NCBI GenBank assembly: GCA_043822705.1
Contig: JBDRBK010000100.1
Span: 1 to 36,554, forward strand
Direction: 5' to 3'
Source of the DNA: Fidelibacterota bacterium
GTDB taxonomy: Bacteria > Fidelibacterota > Marinisomatia > Marinisomatales > TCS56
DNA length: 36,554 nucleotides
In this document: in pieces, positions 8,133 through 17,115 of the stretch
How the letters are laid out: the number at the start of each line of letters is the position of its first letter
How positions within the stretch are numbered: position 1 is the first letter of the stretch
Program-made: the position numbers and the translations under genes
Notes under the pieces: model-generated
Databases searched by the model: none
What the model saw: the letters and a program-made list of their open reading frames with translations, nothing else
Told to the model about the DNA's origin: nothing

Positions 8133-9551
8133 ATGCGATTAAGAATGGCCGGGGGAAGGTTATTGCACCGAATCGGGCACGGCCTGTTTGCGATTTTACT
8201 GATTTGTCCGCTGGTCCCGGTCCGGGCCGAAGCCTATCCTGATAGTTACCGGACTGTCGAAGGCGCCGCCGAACTGCTGGCGGAGGCCGAGCAGGTGGTC
8301 GGTATCGTGGCCGGCGCGGATGGCACCGGTCTGGAGCTGGCGGCGGACCGCACTTCCGGATATATCATCCTGGCCGCCCAAACGGCCGAAAGCCCCTTCA
8401 ACCGCGGACTGCCATCCTGGAACGGCACGGCCGGTGACGGCGCTTCCGGGTTCAAGATTTTTATGCGTTTTCCGTATGGTTTGGGCTGGTCTCCGTGGCT
8501 GACGGCCGGATTCTGGAAGGATGATATCTGGACCGATTACGGCGCCACTAGTTATTCCGGCGGCTGGATCGATATTGATTATGTTAAGTTGTATGATTTT
8601 GAGACCGCCTGGCAGTTCAAGGTCGAACTCAAGCGCAGCAATCTTACGGTACCATCGCCGACTATCGGCAAGCTGAGCTTTTATACCAGCGATCAGCGCA
8701 CCGAGGCTGAACTCGATTATGTCGGGATTCTGGCCGATAAGCCGCCGGCGATTTTCATACCAACGGACTTTTTGTACCAGTACGCCCTGGACCCTGATAT
8801 CGGCGGCAGTATCTGTTCCCCCACGACCGTCAGTATGATCCTGAAGAGTTATGCAATCACCGTCGATCCGGTGGATTTCGCCCGCGATACCCGCGATCCC
8901 GAGTCCGGACTGTTCGGGGTTTGGCCGCGGGTGGTGCAGAATGCGTCGGAATTCAGGTTGAACGGCGCCGTCACCCGCTATCGTACCTGGAGCGAAGCCT
9001 ATGCCGTTCTGGAACAGGGCGGCCGGATCGGCATGTCGGTGGGGCAACCGCTGTACAGCGGTCACCTGATGATGCTGGCCGGATTCACCGCCGCCGGTGA
9101 TCCGATCGTACACGACCCGGCCCGCAGCTCCGGTTATGGACTGGTCTACAACAAAAGCGAGCTGTCCCATTCCTGGTTCGACAAGGGTGGGATCGGCTAT
9201 ACTTTTTATCTGCAGGATCCGGCTCAGGCCGGTCTTGATGACTACGATTTCAGCGGCGCCCGACCACCGGATCAATTAGTTCTGTTGAGCAATTATCCCA
9301 ATCCGTTCAATTCCGCCACAACGGTTTCGGTCCGTGTGATGGAAAGTGCGCGGATAGCGATCGTAATTTATGATCTGCGCGGTTGCCGGGTACGGTCGCT
9401 GTACCGGGGAATCTTGCCGCCCGGCGAACGGTCCTTCGTTTGGGACGGCACCAACGATCGCGGGATCAATCAGAGTTCGGGTGTCTATTGGGCCGTGGCG
9501 CAGACGGCCTCCGGTGCCCGAGCGCTGCTGCGGATGTCTTTATTGAAATAG
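8133..9551 (+). CDS. Secreted C39-like cysteine peptidase with C-terminal FlgD-Ig/Por-type sorting domain
   Basis: Signal peptide ending ~VRA-EA; ICSPTT (Cys), GHLMMLAGF (His), VHDP (Asp); C-terminal NYPNPFN...IYDLRG..VRSL...WDG....SGVY. The start at 8133 is approximate. Confidence 0.8.
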   Translation: MRLRMAGGRLLHRIGHGLFAILLICPLVPVRAEAYPDSYRTVEGAAELLAEAEQVVGIVAGADGTGLELAADRTSGYIILAAQTAESPFNRGLPSWNGTAGDGASGFKIFMRFPYGLGWSPWLTAGFWKDDIWTDYGATSYSGGWIDIDYVKLYDFETAWQFKVELKRSNLTVPSPTIGKLSFYTSDQRTEAELDYVGILADKPPAIFIPTDFLYQYALDPDIGGSICSPTTVSMILKSYAITVDPVDFARDTRDPESGLFGVWPRVVQNASEFRLNGAVTRYRTWSEAYAVLEQGGRIGMSVGQPLYSGHLMMLAGFTAAGDPIVHDPARSSGYGLVYNKSELSHSWFDKGGIGYTFYLQDPAQAGLDDYDFSGARPPDQLVLLSNYPNPFNSATTVSVRVMESARIAIVIYDLRGCRVRSLYRGILPPGERSFVWDGTNDRGINQSSGVYWAVAQTASGARALLRMSLLK

Positions 9552-9561
9552 GGAATTACGT

Positions 9562-10131
9562 ATGTCCAAGGTTGTCAAATTCGGTATTATTTATCGATGG
9601 GTCATTATCCTGCTGGCCGGGATGATATTGTTTACCGGTTGCTCCATCGACGTGTTCCTGTTTCCGGTCCGTCATGAGCGTAATAAAAGCGCGATTGCCG
9701 CGGCGGCCATCACTGCTTACCTGGAACGCGAACAAAAACTGGTGGAAAATTTCCGGATCGGATCGCGCAACTTGTTTTTTATTGAACTAAAAGTGCCCTG
9801 GTGGAAATTCGGTCGTCCGTCACCACAGTTGATCGAGCGGCTGCAACTGCGATTCCGGCAAAATTTCATGATTGAACCGGTGCAGAGCGTGATTTGGGAA
9901 GATATCCTGGATAATAATATTGTCATCGATCGCGGGCCTACCGACCCGCGAACCGGCCGGGCCGGTGAAATCCTGACCATCACGGCGATCCGCTGGCACG
10001 ACCGCTGCCGGGCTGAAGTCCAGTTAAGGGTGTGGTCCGGGGCGCTGAACCAAACTAATTATACCGCTGTCGCCGTACTTCGGAACGGTTGCTGGTCGGT
10101 CACAAATTTCCAGTTGCTGACCAGCGACTGA
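9562..10131 (+). CDS. Hypothetical lipoprotein
   Basis: Hydrophobic N-terminus ending in an FTGC lipobox; follows the previous gene by 10 nt. Confidence 0.6.
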   Translation: MSKVVKFGIIYRWVIILLAGMILFTGCSIDVFLFPVRHERNKSAIAAAAITAYLEREQKLVENFRIGSRNLFFIELKVPWWKFGRPSPQLIERLQLRFRQNFMIEPVQSVIWEDILDNNIVIDRGPTDPRTGRAGEILTITAIRWHDRCRAEVQLRVWSGALNQTNYTAVAVLRNGCWSVTNFQLLTSD

Positions 10132-10307
10132 GACGGTTTTCCACCGGCTCTGCAAACAAGTCGATTTTCAGATTATTCCTTGTGTTTAGACATTAAAAGC
10201 CGGTAAAATTGGAAGGTTATTCGTTAAGACATGAATACCAGACCAAATTCGTGTTTCAAGACGCTATCTGAAAACAATCGGGACCTTACCCGTTAAGGAC
10301 TGGGATA

Positions 10308-10910
10308 ATGAATCTGCGCGCTCGAATCACACTGGGATTTATCGTCGTCATCCTGATCATGCTGGTGGCCTCCGGCGTAATTATCTGGAATCAGTCGCTG
10401 ATGCAGCAATCATTCTCCAACCTGGCAGCGACGATTGATCTCGAGCGGTACCTGCTGGAGTGCCGGCGTCATGAAAAAAATTTCCTCTTGCGCAACGACC
10501 AGAGCTATGTCCTGATCCATCGCGCCAATTATGATTCCCTGACTGTCCGAATCGCTTTGCTGCGACCGGAAATTACCGATCCGAAGATTCAGGCCAAGTT
10601 GACCGAATTAAAGGCCAGTCTGGTTGAGTACCAATCCATATTCACGGAACTGGCGACCCATCCGGCGGCCGTAATCGCCACCGACCCCATTCTAGCGGCA
10701 AGACTGGAGCAGGAGGTACAAAAAGCGCGGGATAGTCACGATCTGATCGGTCAAATCAGGTTGCTGACCACGGAACGTTTCCATCTAGCCAGTTCGGTCG
10801 GACACCTGGTAAATATCGGTTCAATTTTGGTGGGCATTCTGGTGGCGGTCATCATCGCCGGGTTTCTCACCGATAAAATCATACAATTTATCGACCAAGA
10901 TTACGTTTAG
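10308..10910 (+). CDS. Two-TM membrane protein with chemoreceptor-like extracytoplasmic helical-bundle domain and no cytoplasmic output
   Basis: MNLRARITLGF + TM1; LLECRRHEKNFLLR resembles the 4HB/HBM sensor signature; TM2 is followed by only ~13 residues. AAGGA upstream. Confidence 0.72.
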   Translation: MNLRARITLGFIVVILIMLVASGVIIWNQSLMQQSFSNLAATIDLERYLLECRRHEKNFLLRNDQSYVLIHRANYDSLTVRIALLRPEITDPKIQAKLTELKASLVEYQSIFTELATHPAAVIATDPILAARLEQEVQKARDSHDLIGQIRLLTTERFHLASSVGHLVNIGSILVGILVAVIIAGFLTDKIIQFIDQDYV

Positions 10911-10954
10911 GACCAACCGGTTCAATTACAATCATCAAATGAAGGGGGCTTCAA

Positions 10955-11977
10955 ATGAAGAAAATTACCTGCCTGGGCGGACTACTCATCATCCTGGTAG
11001 GCTGCGGTAAAAACGCCGATCAGCAAAATATCGTGACTTTGACCCTGGGGGCGTATACTGTTCCGAAAGAGGCTTATCAAAAAGAAATCATTCCTGCGTT
11101 TCAGACCTATTGGAAAGCGAAAACCGGTCAAACAGTACAGTTCAACGAATCCTACATCGCTTCCGGCGCCCAGTCTCGGGCGATTCTGGGTGGCTTCGAT
11201 GCCGACGTGGCTGCTTTATCCCTGGAGGACGATGTCCAGCGGTTGGTGAATGCCGAATTTATCACCCACGATTGGAAGTCCGGTGCCTATCAGGGCTTTG
11301 TGACCCGGTCGATAGTGGTGATCGCCGTTCGTGACGGCAATCCGCAGAATATCGCCGGTTGGCAGGATTTGCAGCGTGAAGAAGTATCCGTGCTTTATCC
11401 CAGTCCCAAAACATCCGGCGGCGCCAAGTGGGTCGTGAATGCCATCTACGGCGCCGGGTTGAAGACGACCGAACTGCAATCCGGTCAACCCGACCCGGTC
11501 TATGCCAAGGCATTGTTGAAGGGTATCCAGCGTCAGGTACAGGTCATGGATAAATCCGGCCGGGCCTCGGTGACGACCTTCGAAAACGGCGTCGGCGACG
11601 CGCTGGTGACCTATGAAAATGAAGTGCTGCTACGCCAAAAACAGGGCAAGCCAATGCCCTTCATCGTACCCGACGCAACCATTCTGATCGAGAATCCGGT
11701 AGCGGTGGTCGACCGCAATGTGGACCGCCATGGCAACCGTGCCGTGGCCGAGGCATTTGTGGAATTTCTGTTGAACAGCCAATCGCAGAAGGCGTTTGCA
11801 GAGTACGGCTTCCGGCCGGTGGACCAGCAGGTGGCGGCCGAATACTCGGCCAAATTCGTCACCCCGGCGGCGCTGTTCGATATCAATTATCTGGGCGGTT
11901 GGGAACGTATTGAGGCGGATATCTACGGTCCGAACGGCGTTTGGACGACGATTTTCGAAGAACTGGTCAGTGAATAG
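10955..11977 (+). CDS. sbp: Sulfate/thiosulfate ABC transporter substrate-binding lipoprotein
   Basis: LVGC lipobox, SYIASGAQSRAI..GFDADV, PKTSGGAKW, GDALVTYENE, TILIENPVAVVD. Confidence 0.93.
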   Translation: MKKITCLGGLLIILVGCGKNADQQNIVTLTLGAYTVPKEAYQKEIIPAFQTYWKAKTGQTVQFNESYIASGAQSRAILGGFDADVAALSLEDDVQRLVNAEFITHDWKSGAYQGFVTRSIVVIAVRDGNPQNIAGWQDLQREEVSVLYPSPKTSGGAKWVVNAIYGAGLKTTELQSGQPDPVYAKALLKGIQRQVQVMDKSGRASVTTFENGVGDALVTYENEVLLRQKQGKPMPFIVPDATILIENPVAVVDRNVDRHGNRAVAEAFVEFLLNSQSQKAFAEYGFRPVDQQVAAEYSAKFVTPAALFDINYLGGWERIEADIYGPNGVWTTIFEELVSE

Positions 11978-12791
11978 GAAAATCCGCAGCAGCGACCTAA
12001 TACAGCGTAGTATCGCTTTTTTTTACCTGGGATTGATGATCCTGTTGCCGATCGCGGCCATCACCGGCGCGGCATTGCAGCAGGGACCGGCCACACTCTG
12101 GTCCAATATTGTATCGACCCAGGCGCTGGCGGCGCTGAAACTGACATTTATCACCGCCCTGATCATGGTGGCGATCAATATTGTAATGGGCACGCTCACT
12201 GCTTTTGTCCTGGTCCGCTACGATTTTCCCGGTAAGCGGATAATCGATGCCCTGATCGATCTGCCGTTCGCCATACCCACCGTGGTAACCGGAATCATGC
12301 TGATCGTCCTGTACGGACCAAACAGCGTATTGGGAACGGTACTGAGCGGCTTTGGCCTGCAGGTGATTTTCGCCCGTCCCGGGATCGTGCTGGCGCTGCT
12401 GTTCGTGACCTTCCCGTTCGTGGTCCGGGCCGTGCAGCCGGTGCTGCTGGATTGGAATTACGATACCGAGGATGCCGCCCGCACGATCGGCGCCTCCCGG
12501 GCACGAATATTCTTCCAGATCACCTTGCCCGGCCTGCTGCCGGCGATCCTGACCGGGGCGGCCCTGTCCTTCAGCCGGGCCGTGGGCGAGTTCGGTTCGA
12601 TCGTGGTGGTGGCCGGCAACATACCGCTGAAAACCCAGGTGGCGGCGGTCTATATTTACGGCGAGCTGGAGAGCAATAATCCTTCAGGCGCTCTGGGACT
12701 TTCGGTCCTGTTGCTGCTGTTTTCATTCCTGATTCTGCTGTTGTTGAATTTCCTCCAGCGCGGTGGTGGAAATCGGCGGGCCTGGCGATGA
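11970..12791 (+). CDS. cysT: Sulfate ABC transporter permease CysT (CysU)
   Basis: VLVRYDFPGK..IDALIDLPFAIPTVVTG, FPFVVRAVQPVL, EDAA..GAS, RAVGEFGS. A GTG start at 11970 is inferred. Confidence 0.92.
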   Translation: MNRKIRSSDLIQRSIAFFYLGLMILLPIAAITGAALQQGPATLWSNIVSTQALAALKLTFITALIMVAINIVMGTLTAFVLVRYDFPGKRIIDALIDLPFAIPTVVTGIMLIVLYGPNSVLGTVLSGFGLQVIFARPGIVLALLFVTFPFVVRAVQPVLLDWNYDTEDAARTIGASRARIFFQITLPGLLPAILTGAALSFSRAVGEFGSIVVVAGNIPLKTQVAAVYIYGELESNNPSGALGLSVLLLLFSFLILLLLNFLQRGGGNRRAWR

Positions 12792-13619
12792 ACCGGTTGC
12801 AGAACTGGTGCCGGCGCCGGCTGCACTATCCGTTGATCGCGATCGTGCTGGTCTGGTTCACGCTGCTGATTCTGGTGCCGGTCATGGGATTGATCGGGCA
12901 GTTGCTGGATTGTGATCCGGCGGCGGTAATCGCCTCTCTGCGGACAAGCGAGGCGTTGCGCTCATTCCTGCTGACCGGCGAGGTCGCCCTGATCGCCGTG
13001 CTGGTGAATACGGTGATGGGCATCCTGATCGCGATTGTCCTGACCCGCCAGCATTTCCGCGGCAAGCTGCTGGTGGAAGGGTTGATCGACCTGCCTTTCG
13101 CTATCTCCCCGGTGGTGGCGGGGATTCATGATCGTGATCCTGTTCGGACCCTACAGTTGGCTGGGGGGCTGGCTGGAAGCGGCCGGGATCAAGGTCGTGT
13201 ATTCCCTGCCCGGCATCGTCCTGGCGACTATTTTTGTGACCCTGCCTTTCGTGACCCGCGAAGTGATTCCGGTCTACCGCGCCTACGGTCTGGTCAACGA
13301 AGAAGCGGCGCGGGTGCTGGGAGCCAGCGGTTGGCAGACCTTCCGGATCGTCACCCTGCCGTCGATTAAATGGGGCGTGATTTACGGCGTGACACTGACG
13401 CTGGCCCGCGCCCTCGGTGAATTCGGTGCCGTGCTGGTGGTCAGCGGCAGCATCATCGGCAAGACCCAGACCGCGACCCTGTTTATCCATCAGGAATTCA
13501 CCGATTTTAATTATGCCGGCGCCTATGCCGCCTCACTGCTGATTGCCCTGGTCGCATTCACGATACTGATTGTGATTCAATCGGTCTACAAGCGGCCGAA
13601 AACTACTGATTCGAGGTAA
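12788..13619 (+). pseudogene. cysW: Sulfate ABC permease CysW, split by a +1 frameshift (pseudogene or sequence error)
   Basis: One frame gives ...IDLPFAISPVVAG; another continues MIVILFG...TLPFVTREVIP...EEAA..LGASGWQTF...ARALGEFGAV. The break is at GCGGGGATTCATG (G run 13120-13123). Confidence 0.88.
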
Positions 13620-13622
13620 CTG

Positions 13623-15479
13623 ATGTCGATCGTGCTGACAAAATTGAACAAACGTTTCGGACTGAACCAGGTGGTCAACAATGTGTCGCTGGAGATCAGG
13701 GATGGTGAAATGTTCGTCCTGCTGGGCAGCAGCGGCAGCGGCAAGAGTACGATTCTGCGGATCATCGCCGGGTTGCTGGAGCCGGATTCGGGCCGGGTCG
13801 AAATTTCCGGTCGCGATGTAACCAACCTGACGCCGCAGGCCCGGGGTGTCGGTTTCGTATTCCAGAATTATTCCCTGTTCCGGCACATGACGGTCACGGA
13901 AAACGTTGAATTCGGGTTGCGGGTCCGCCGGGTGCTCCGTGCCGAGCGCCGGTGCCGCAGCCGGGAACTGCTGGAGGCGGTGGGACTGACCGGCCTGGGC
14001 GATCGTTTCCCCGATCAGTTATCGGGCGGGCAGCAGCAACGGGTGGCCGTGGCGCGGGCGCTGGCCTATGAACCGGCGGTCCTGCTGCTGGATGAACCGT
14101 TCGGCGCCCTGGACGTCAAGATTCGCGCCCGGATGCGCAAACGTCTGCGGGAAATTCAACGCAACCTGAAAGTGACCACAATTCTGGTCACACACGACCA
14201 GGAGGAAGCATTCGAGCTGGCGGACCGGATCGGTGTCGTGGAGCGGGGCAGCCTGCTGGAAGTCGGTACTACCACCGAGCTGTATCATCGGCCGCGCAAT
14301 GAATTCGTGGCTACTTTTATCGGCGGCGGCAATGTTCTGGTGGGGCGGGTCCGGGAGGAACGTTTCTGGTTGGGACAGCGCTCCTTTCCACTGGGCGATG
14401 GTGCTTCCCGCCACGATGACGGCGCCTGGATGCGGATTCTCTTCCGGCCCGAGACCGTTTATCTGAGCCACGAACAATTTGACCCGGCCGGCGCGATGCA
14501 GACACTGGGACAGGGGCGGATCAGCGAACTGGTCTTTTCCGGTCCGGTACAGCGGCTGATGGTGGAAATCGAGGATTTAAAAGGAATTCGTTCCCTGGCG
14601 CCCCATTCGTCGTTTGGTCTGGTTGGTACTAAAATCGAGGCGGTCATGACCACCGCGGCTGCCGCCGGGACTTTTGCCGTCGGCGACCGGGTTTGGGTCG
14701 GTCTGCGGGAATTTCATGTGCTGGAGCCGGGCGGCCTCAAATTACTGGTCTGTGGCGATGCGACCGCCTCCGGCCTGTCGGGAGCGACCTGGGGCCGGGA
14801 GATACTGCGCGTGGCTGACCTGCCGGCGACTATTCTGAATGGCACCGACGGCGGGCGGTCAGGGCCTCTGGATACGATCCTCGGTGAGCTGCAGGGCCGG
14901 CCCCGAATCCGGGTGCAAAACGATGCTTTGACTATAGAAACACTGACACTGGAAGCCCGCACTGGTTATTATGATCTGGTGGTGATTGGTATAGCGGCCG
15001 GCGCGGCGCTGGGACGTTTCAATATCATCGAACTGGTCAACGGCATCGGTCTGCCGTGTTTGTTTATTCCTGACATACCGCCGCGTATCGGACCGATGTT
15101 GATTGCCACGGCCGCCGGTGAACCGGGTAAATCGGATGTCCGTTTCGCCGGCCGGCTGGCCCGGCGGCTGGGGGTCGGCTGTACCGTGTTCCATGCCCGT
15201 CGCCCGGATGTCGACGAACAGGAGCAGCGACGTATCGACCGTTATCTGGATAACTCGCGGATTCTGCTGGATGGTCTGGGGGTACCGGCCGAAGTGCTGG
15301 TCCGCAGCGGCGAAGTAACCGAGGCGATCAGCCGGGAATTGACCCGGGGCGACTATGGCATCCTGGCGTTGGGAGCACCGTTCACGCCGGCCGGCCTGAT
15401 AAAAAAAAGCACCAATTTCGTGAAACATCTGCTGAAAATCACCAACTTGCCGGTCCTGATCGTACCGATGCGGGAATAA
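13623..15479 (+). CDS. cysA: Sulfate ABC ATPase CysA fused to C-terminal universal-stress-protein-like domains
   Basis: Walker A GSSGSGKS, FQNYSLFRHMTV, LSGGQQQRVA, LLLDEPFGALD, VTHDQEEA. About 250 extra aa ending ...DYGILALGA...LLKITNLPVLIVP. Confidence 0.88.
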   Translation: MSIVLTKLNKRFGLNQVVNNVSLEIRDGEMFVLLGSSGSGKSTILRIIAGLLEPDSGRVEISGRDVTNLTPQARGVGFVFQNYSLFRHMTVTENVEFGLRVRRVLRAERRCRSRELLEAVGLTGLGDRFPDQLSGGQQQRVAVARALAYEPAVLLLDEPFGALDVKIRARMRKRLREIQRNLKVTTILVTHDQEEAFELADRIGVVERGSLLEVGTTTELYHRPRNEFVATFIGGGNVLVGRVREERFWLGQRSFPLGDGASRHDDGAWMRILFRPETVYLSHEQFDPAGAMQTLGQGRISELVFSGPVQRLMVEIEDLKGIRSLAPHSSFGLVGTKIEAVMTTAAAAGTFAVGDRVWVGLREFHVLEPGGLKLLVCGDATASGLSGATWGREILRVADLPATILNGTDGGRSGPLDTILGELQGRPRIRVQNDALTIETLTLEARTGYYDLVVIGIAAGAALGRFNIIELVNGIGLPCLFIPDIPPRIGPMLIATAAGEPGKSDVRFAGRLARRLGVGCTVFHARRPDVDEQEQRRIDRYLDNSRILLDGLGVPAEVLVRSGEVTEAISRELTRGDYGILALGAPFTPAGLIKKSTNFVKHLLKITNLPVLIVPMRE

Positions 15480-15495
15480 CCGGGACAACTGACCG

Positions 15496-17097
15496 ATGTC
15501 CGCCGCCCTGCCCAGGATTCTGTTGACCGGCGCCTCCGGTTTCATCGGTCGGCATTTCATCAGCAGTACGGTCGATCGCTGCCGGTTATTCTGTATCGCC
15601 CGGCGCTCTCAGACCGAAGTCGGCGTTCGCGCCCACGAAAACCTCAAATGGGTCCAGGTGGATATCGCCAACCGCGACCGCCTGCTCGATCTTCTCGGCA
15701 ACCTCCGGGAATTCGGGGGAATCGACCATGTAATTCATCTGGCCGGTTATTATGATTTCGATAACGTCGAAAATCTGGAATACAGCCGGACCAATGTTAT
15801 CGGCACAAAAAATGTCCTGCTGCTGGCCAGGCTGCTGGACGTCCGCCAATTCATTTTCGCCGGTTCTTTGGCGGCCTGCGATTTTCCGGCAGAAGGAACT
15901 GCGATCACGGAAGCATCGCCGCCGACCGCCGAATTCCCCTATGCCCGCAGCAAGGCCCGCGCCGAACAACTGGTGGCCGAGTACGCGCAATATTTTCACT
16001 GTGTCATAGTGCGCCTGGCGGCGGTGTTCAGCGACTGGTGTGAATATCCGCCGCTGTATCTGTTTCTGCAAACCTGGCTTTCAGGCCGCTGGAACGCCCG
16101 TATTCTGGGCGGTCGCGGCGAATCGGCCCTGACCTTCATTCACGTGAATGACGTAATCGGGATTTTTCTGCGGATCATCGAGCGTAATGATACGGCGCCG
16201 GCCCTGGCTACCTACCTGGCCAGTCCTTCCGGGGCAACCACGCACCGTCGCTTGTTTCATTTAGCCATGCGCTATTTTTTCGGTCAGGGAAGCAGTCCGA
16301 TCTGCGTTCCCAAATACCTGGCCGCCCCGGGTATTCTGGTACGGCAGATTTTCGGTGCGCTGATTCGCCGACCACCGTACGAAAGAATCTGGATGTTGAA
16401 ATATATCGACCGGCAACTGACAGTCGATGCCGGTCAGACCAACAGGCTCTTGGACTGGCAGACCACTCCGCGCCTGAGTATCGAGCGGCGTTTACTGTAT
16501 TTGATCGAGAACCTGAAGAGTCACCATGATATCTGGTATCTGCGGAATGAAATATCCCGCCAGCGCGTGACCCAGCGTCCCGGATTCCTGATCTATGAGA
16601 CGCTGGTCGAGACTCGGGACAAATTATGTGCCGAAATCCTGGCAGTCCTGACCGATCCTGGACACCGTGCACGGTTTCTTCATTATCAGCAACTGGAACC
16701 TGGCATACTGAAATGGTACGTGTCGTTGATATTCCAGTTGCTGGTGACTGCCGTCAGAATCGGTAACCGCAACCTGCTGCTGGAATACGGACGGCTGCTG
16801 GCCGACCAGCGTCTGGCGGCCGGATTCACGCCGGGCGAAGTCGAGGATGCCTTGAAATCCACCGCACGGATTCTGGAGGAATACCTGCGCACCCGGCCCG
16901 AATTGCGGGGCCTGGAAACCTGGATTCATGATTACGTAACCCTGAATTTTCAGTTGATTATCGATGAGGTCCAGGATTCCGGTGAACGTCGGGATGAACA
17001 TGCGGAGACAGCCGCGGATTCCGGCTTTAGTGATGAACTGCCGCTGACGGCGGCCGATTTCCAGCAGCTGGTCCGGCAACTGGAGGAACTCAGTTAA
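15496..17097 (+). CDS. NAD-dependent epimerase/dehydratase (extended SDR) with additional helical C-terminal domain
   Basis: TGASGFIG, HLAGYYD, NVIGT, YARSK. 533 aa, with ~175 aa beyond the SDR fold. Confidence 0.85.
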   Translation: MSAALPRILLTGASGFIGRHFISSTVDRCRLFCIARRSQTEVGVRAHENLKWVQVDIANRDRLLDLLGNLREFGGIDHVIHLAGYYDFDNVENLEYSRTNVIGTKNVLLLARLLDVRQFIFAGSLAACDFPAEGTAITEASPPTAEFPYARSKARAEQLVAEYAQYFHCVIVRLAAVFSDWCEYPPLYLFLQTWLSGRWNARILGGRGESALTFIHVNDVIGIFLRIIERNDTAPALATYLASPSGATTHRRLFHLAMRYFFGQGSSPICVPKYLAAPGILVRQIFGALIRRPPYERIWMLKYIDRQLTVDAGQTNRLLDWQTTPRLSIERRLLYLIENLKSHHDIWYLRNEISRQRVTQRPGFLIYETLVETRDKLCAEILAVLTDPGHRARFLHYQQLEPGILKWYVSLIFQLLVTAVRIGNRNLLLEYGRLLADQRLAAGFTPGEVEDALKSTARILEEYLRTRPELRGLETWIHDYVTLNFQLIIDEVQDSGERRDEHAETAADSGFSDELPLTAADFQQLVRQLEELS

Positions 17098-17115
17098 GCA
17101 GCCGGCGGTGCTTGA

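Noticed and set aside
12788..13619. Two separate permease genes or a programmed frameshift
   Set aside because: The halves join into one CysW by removing one base; no recognisable slippery heptamer or stimulatory structure was seen.
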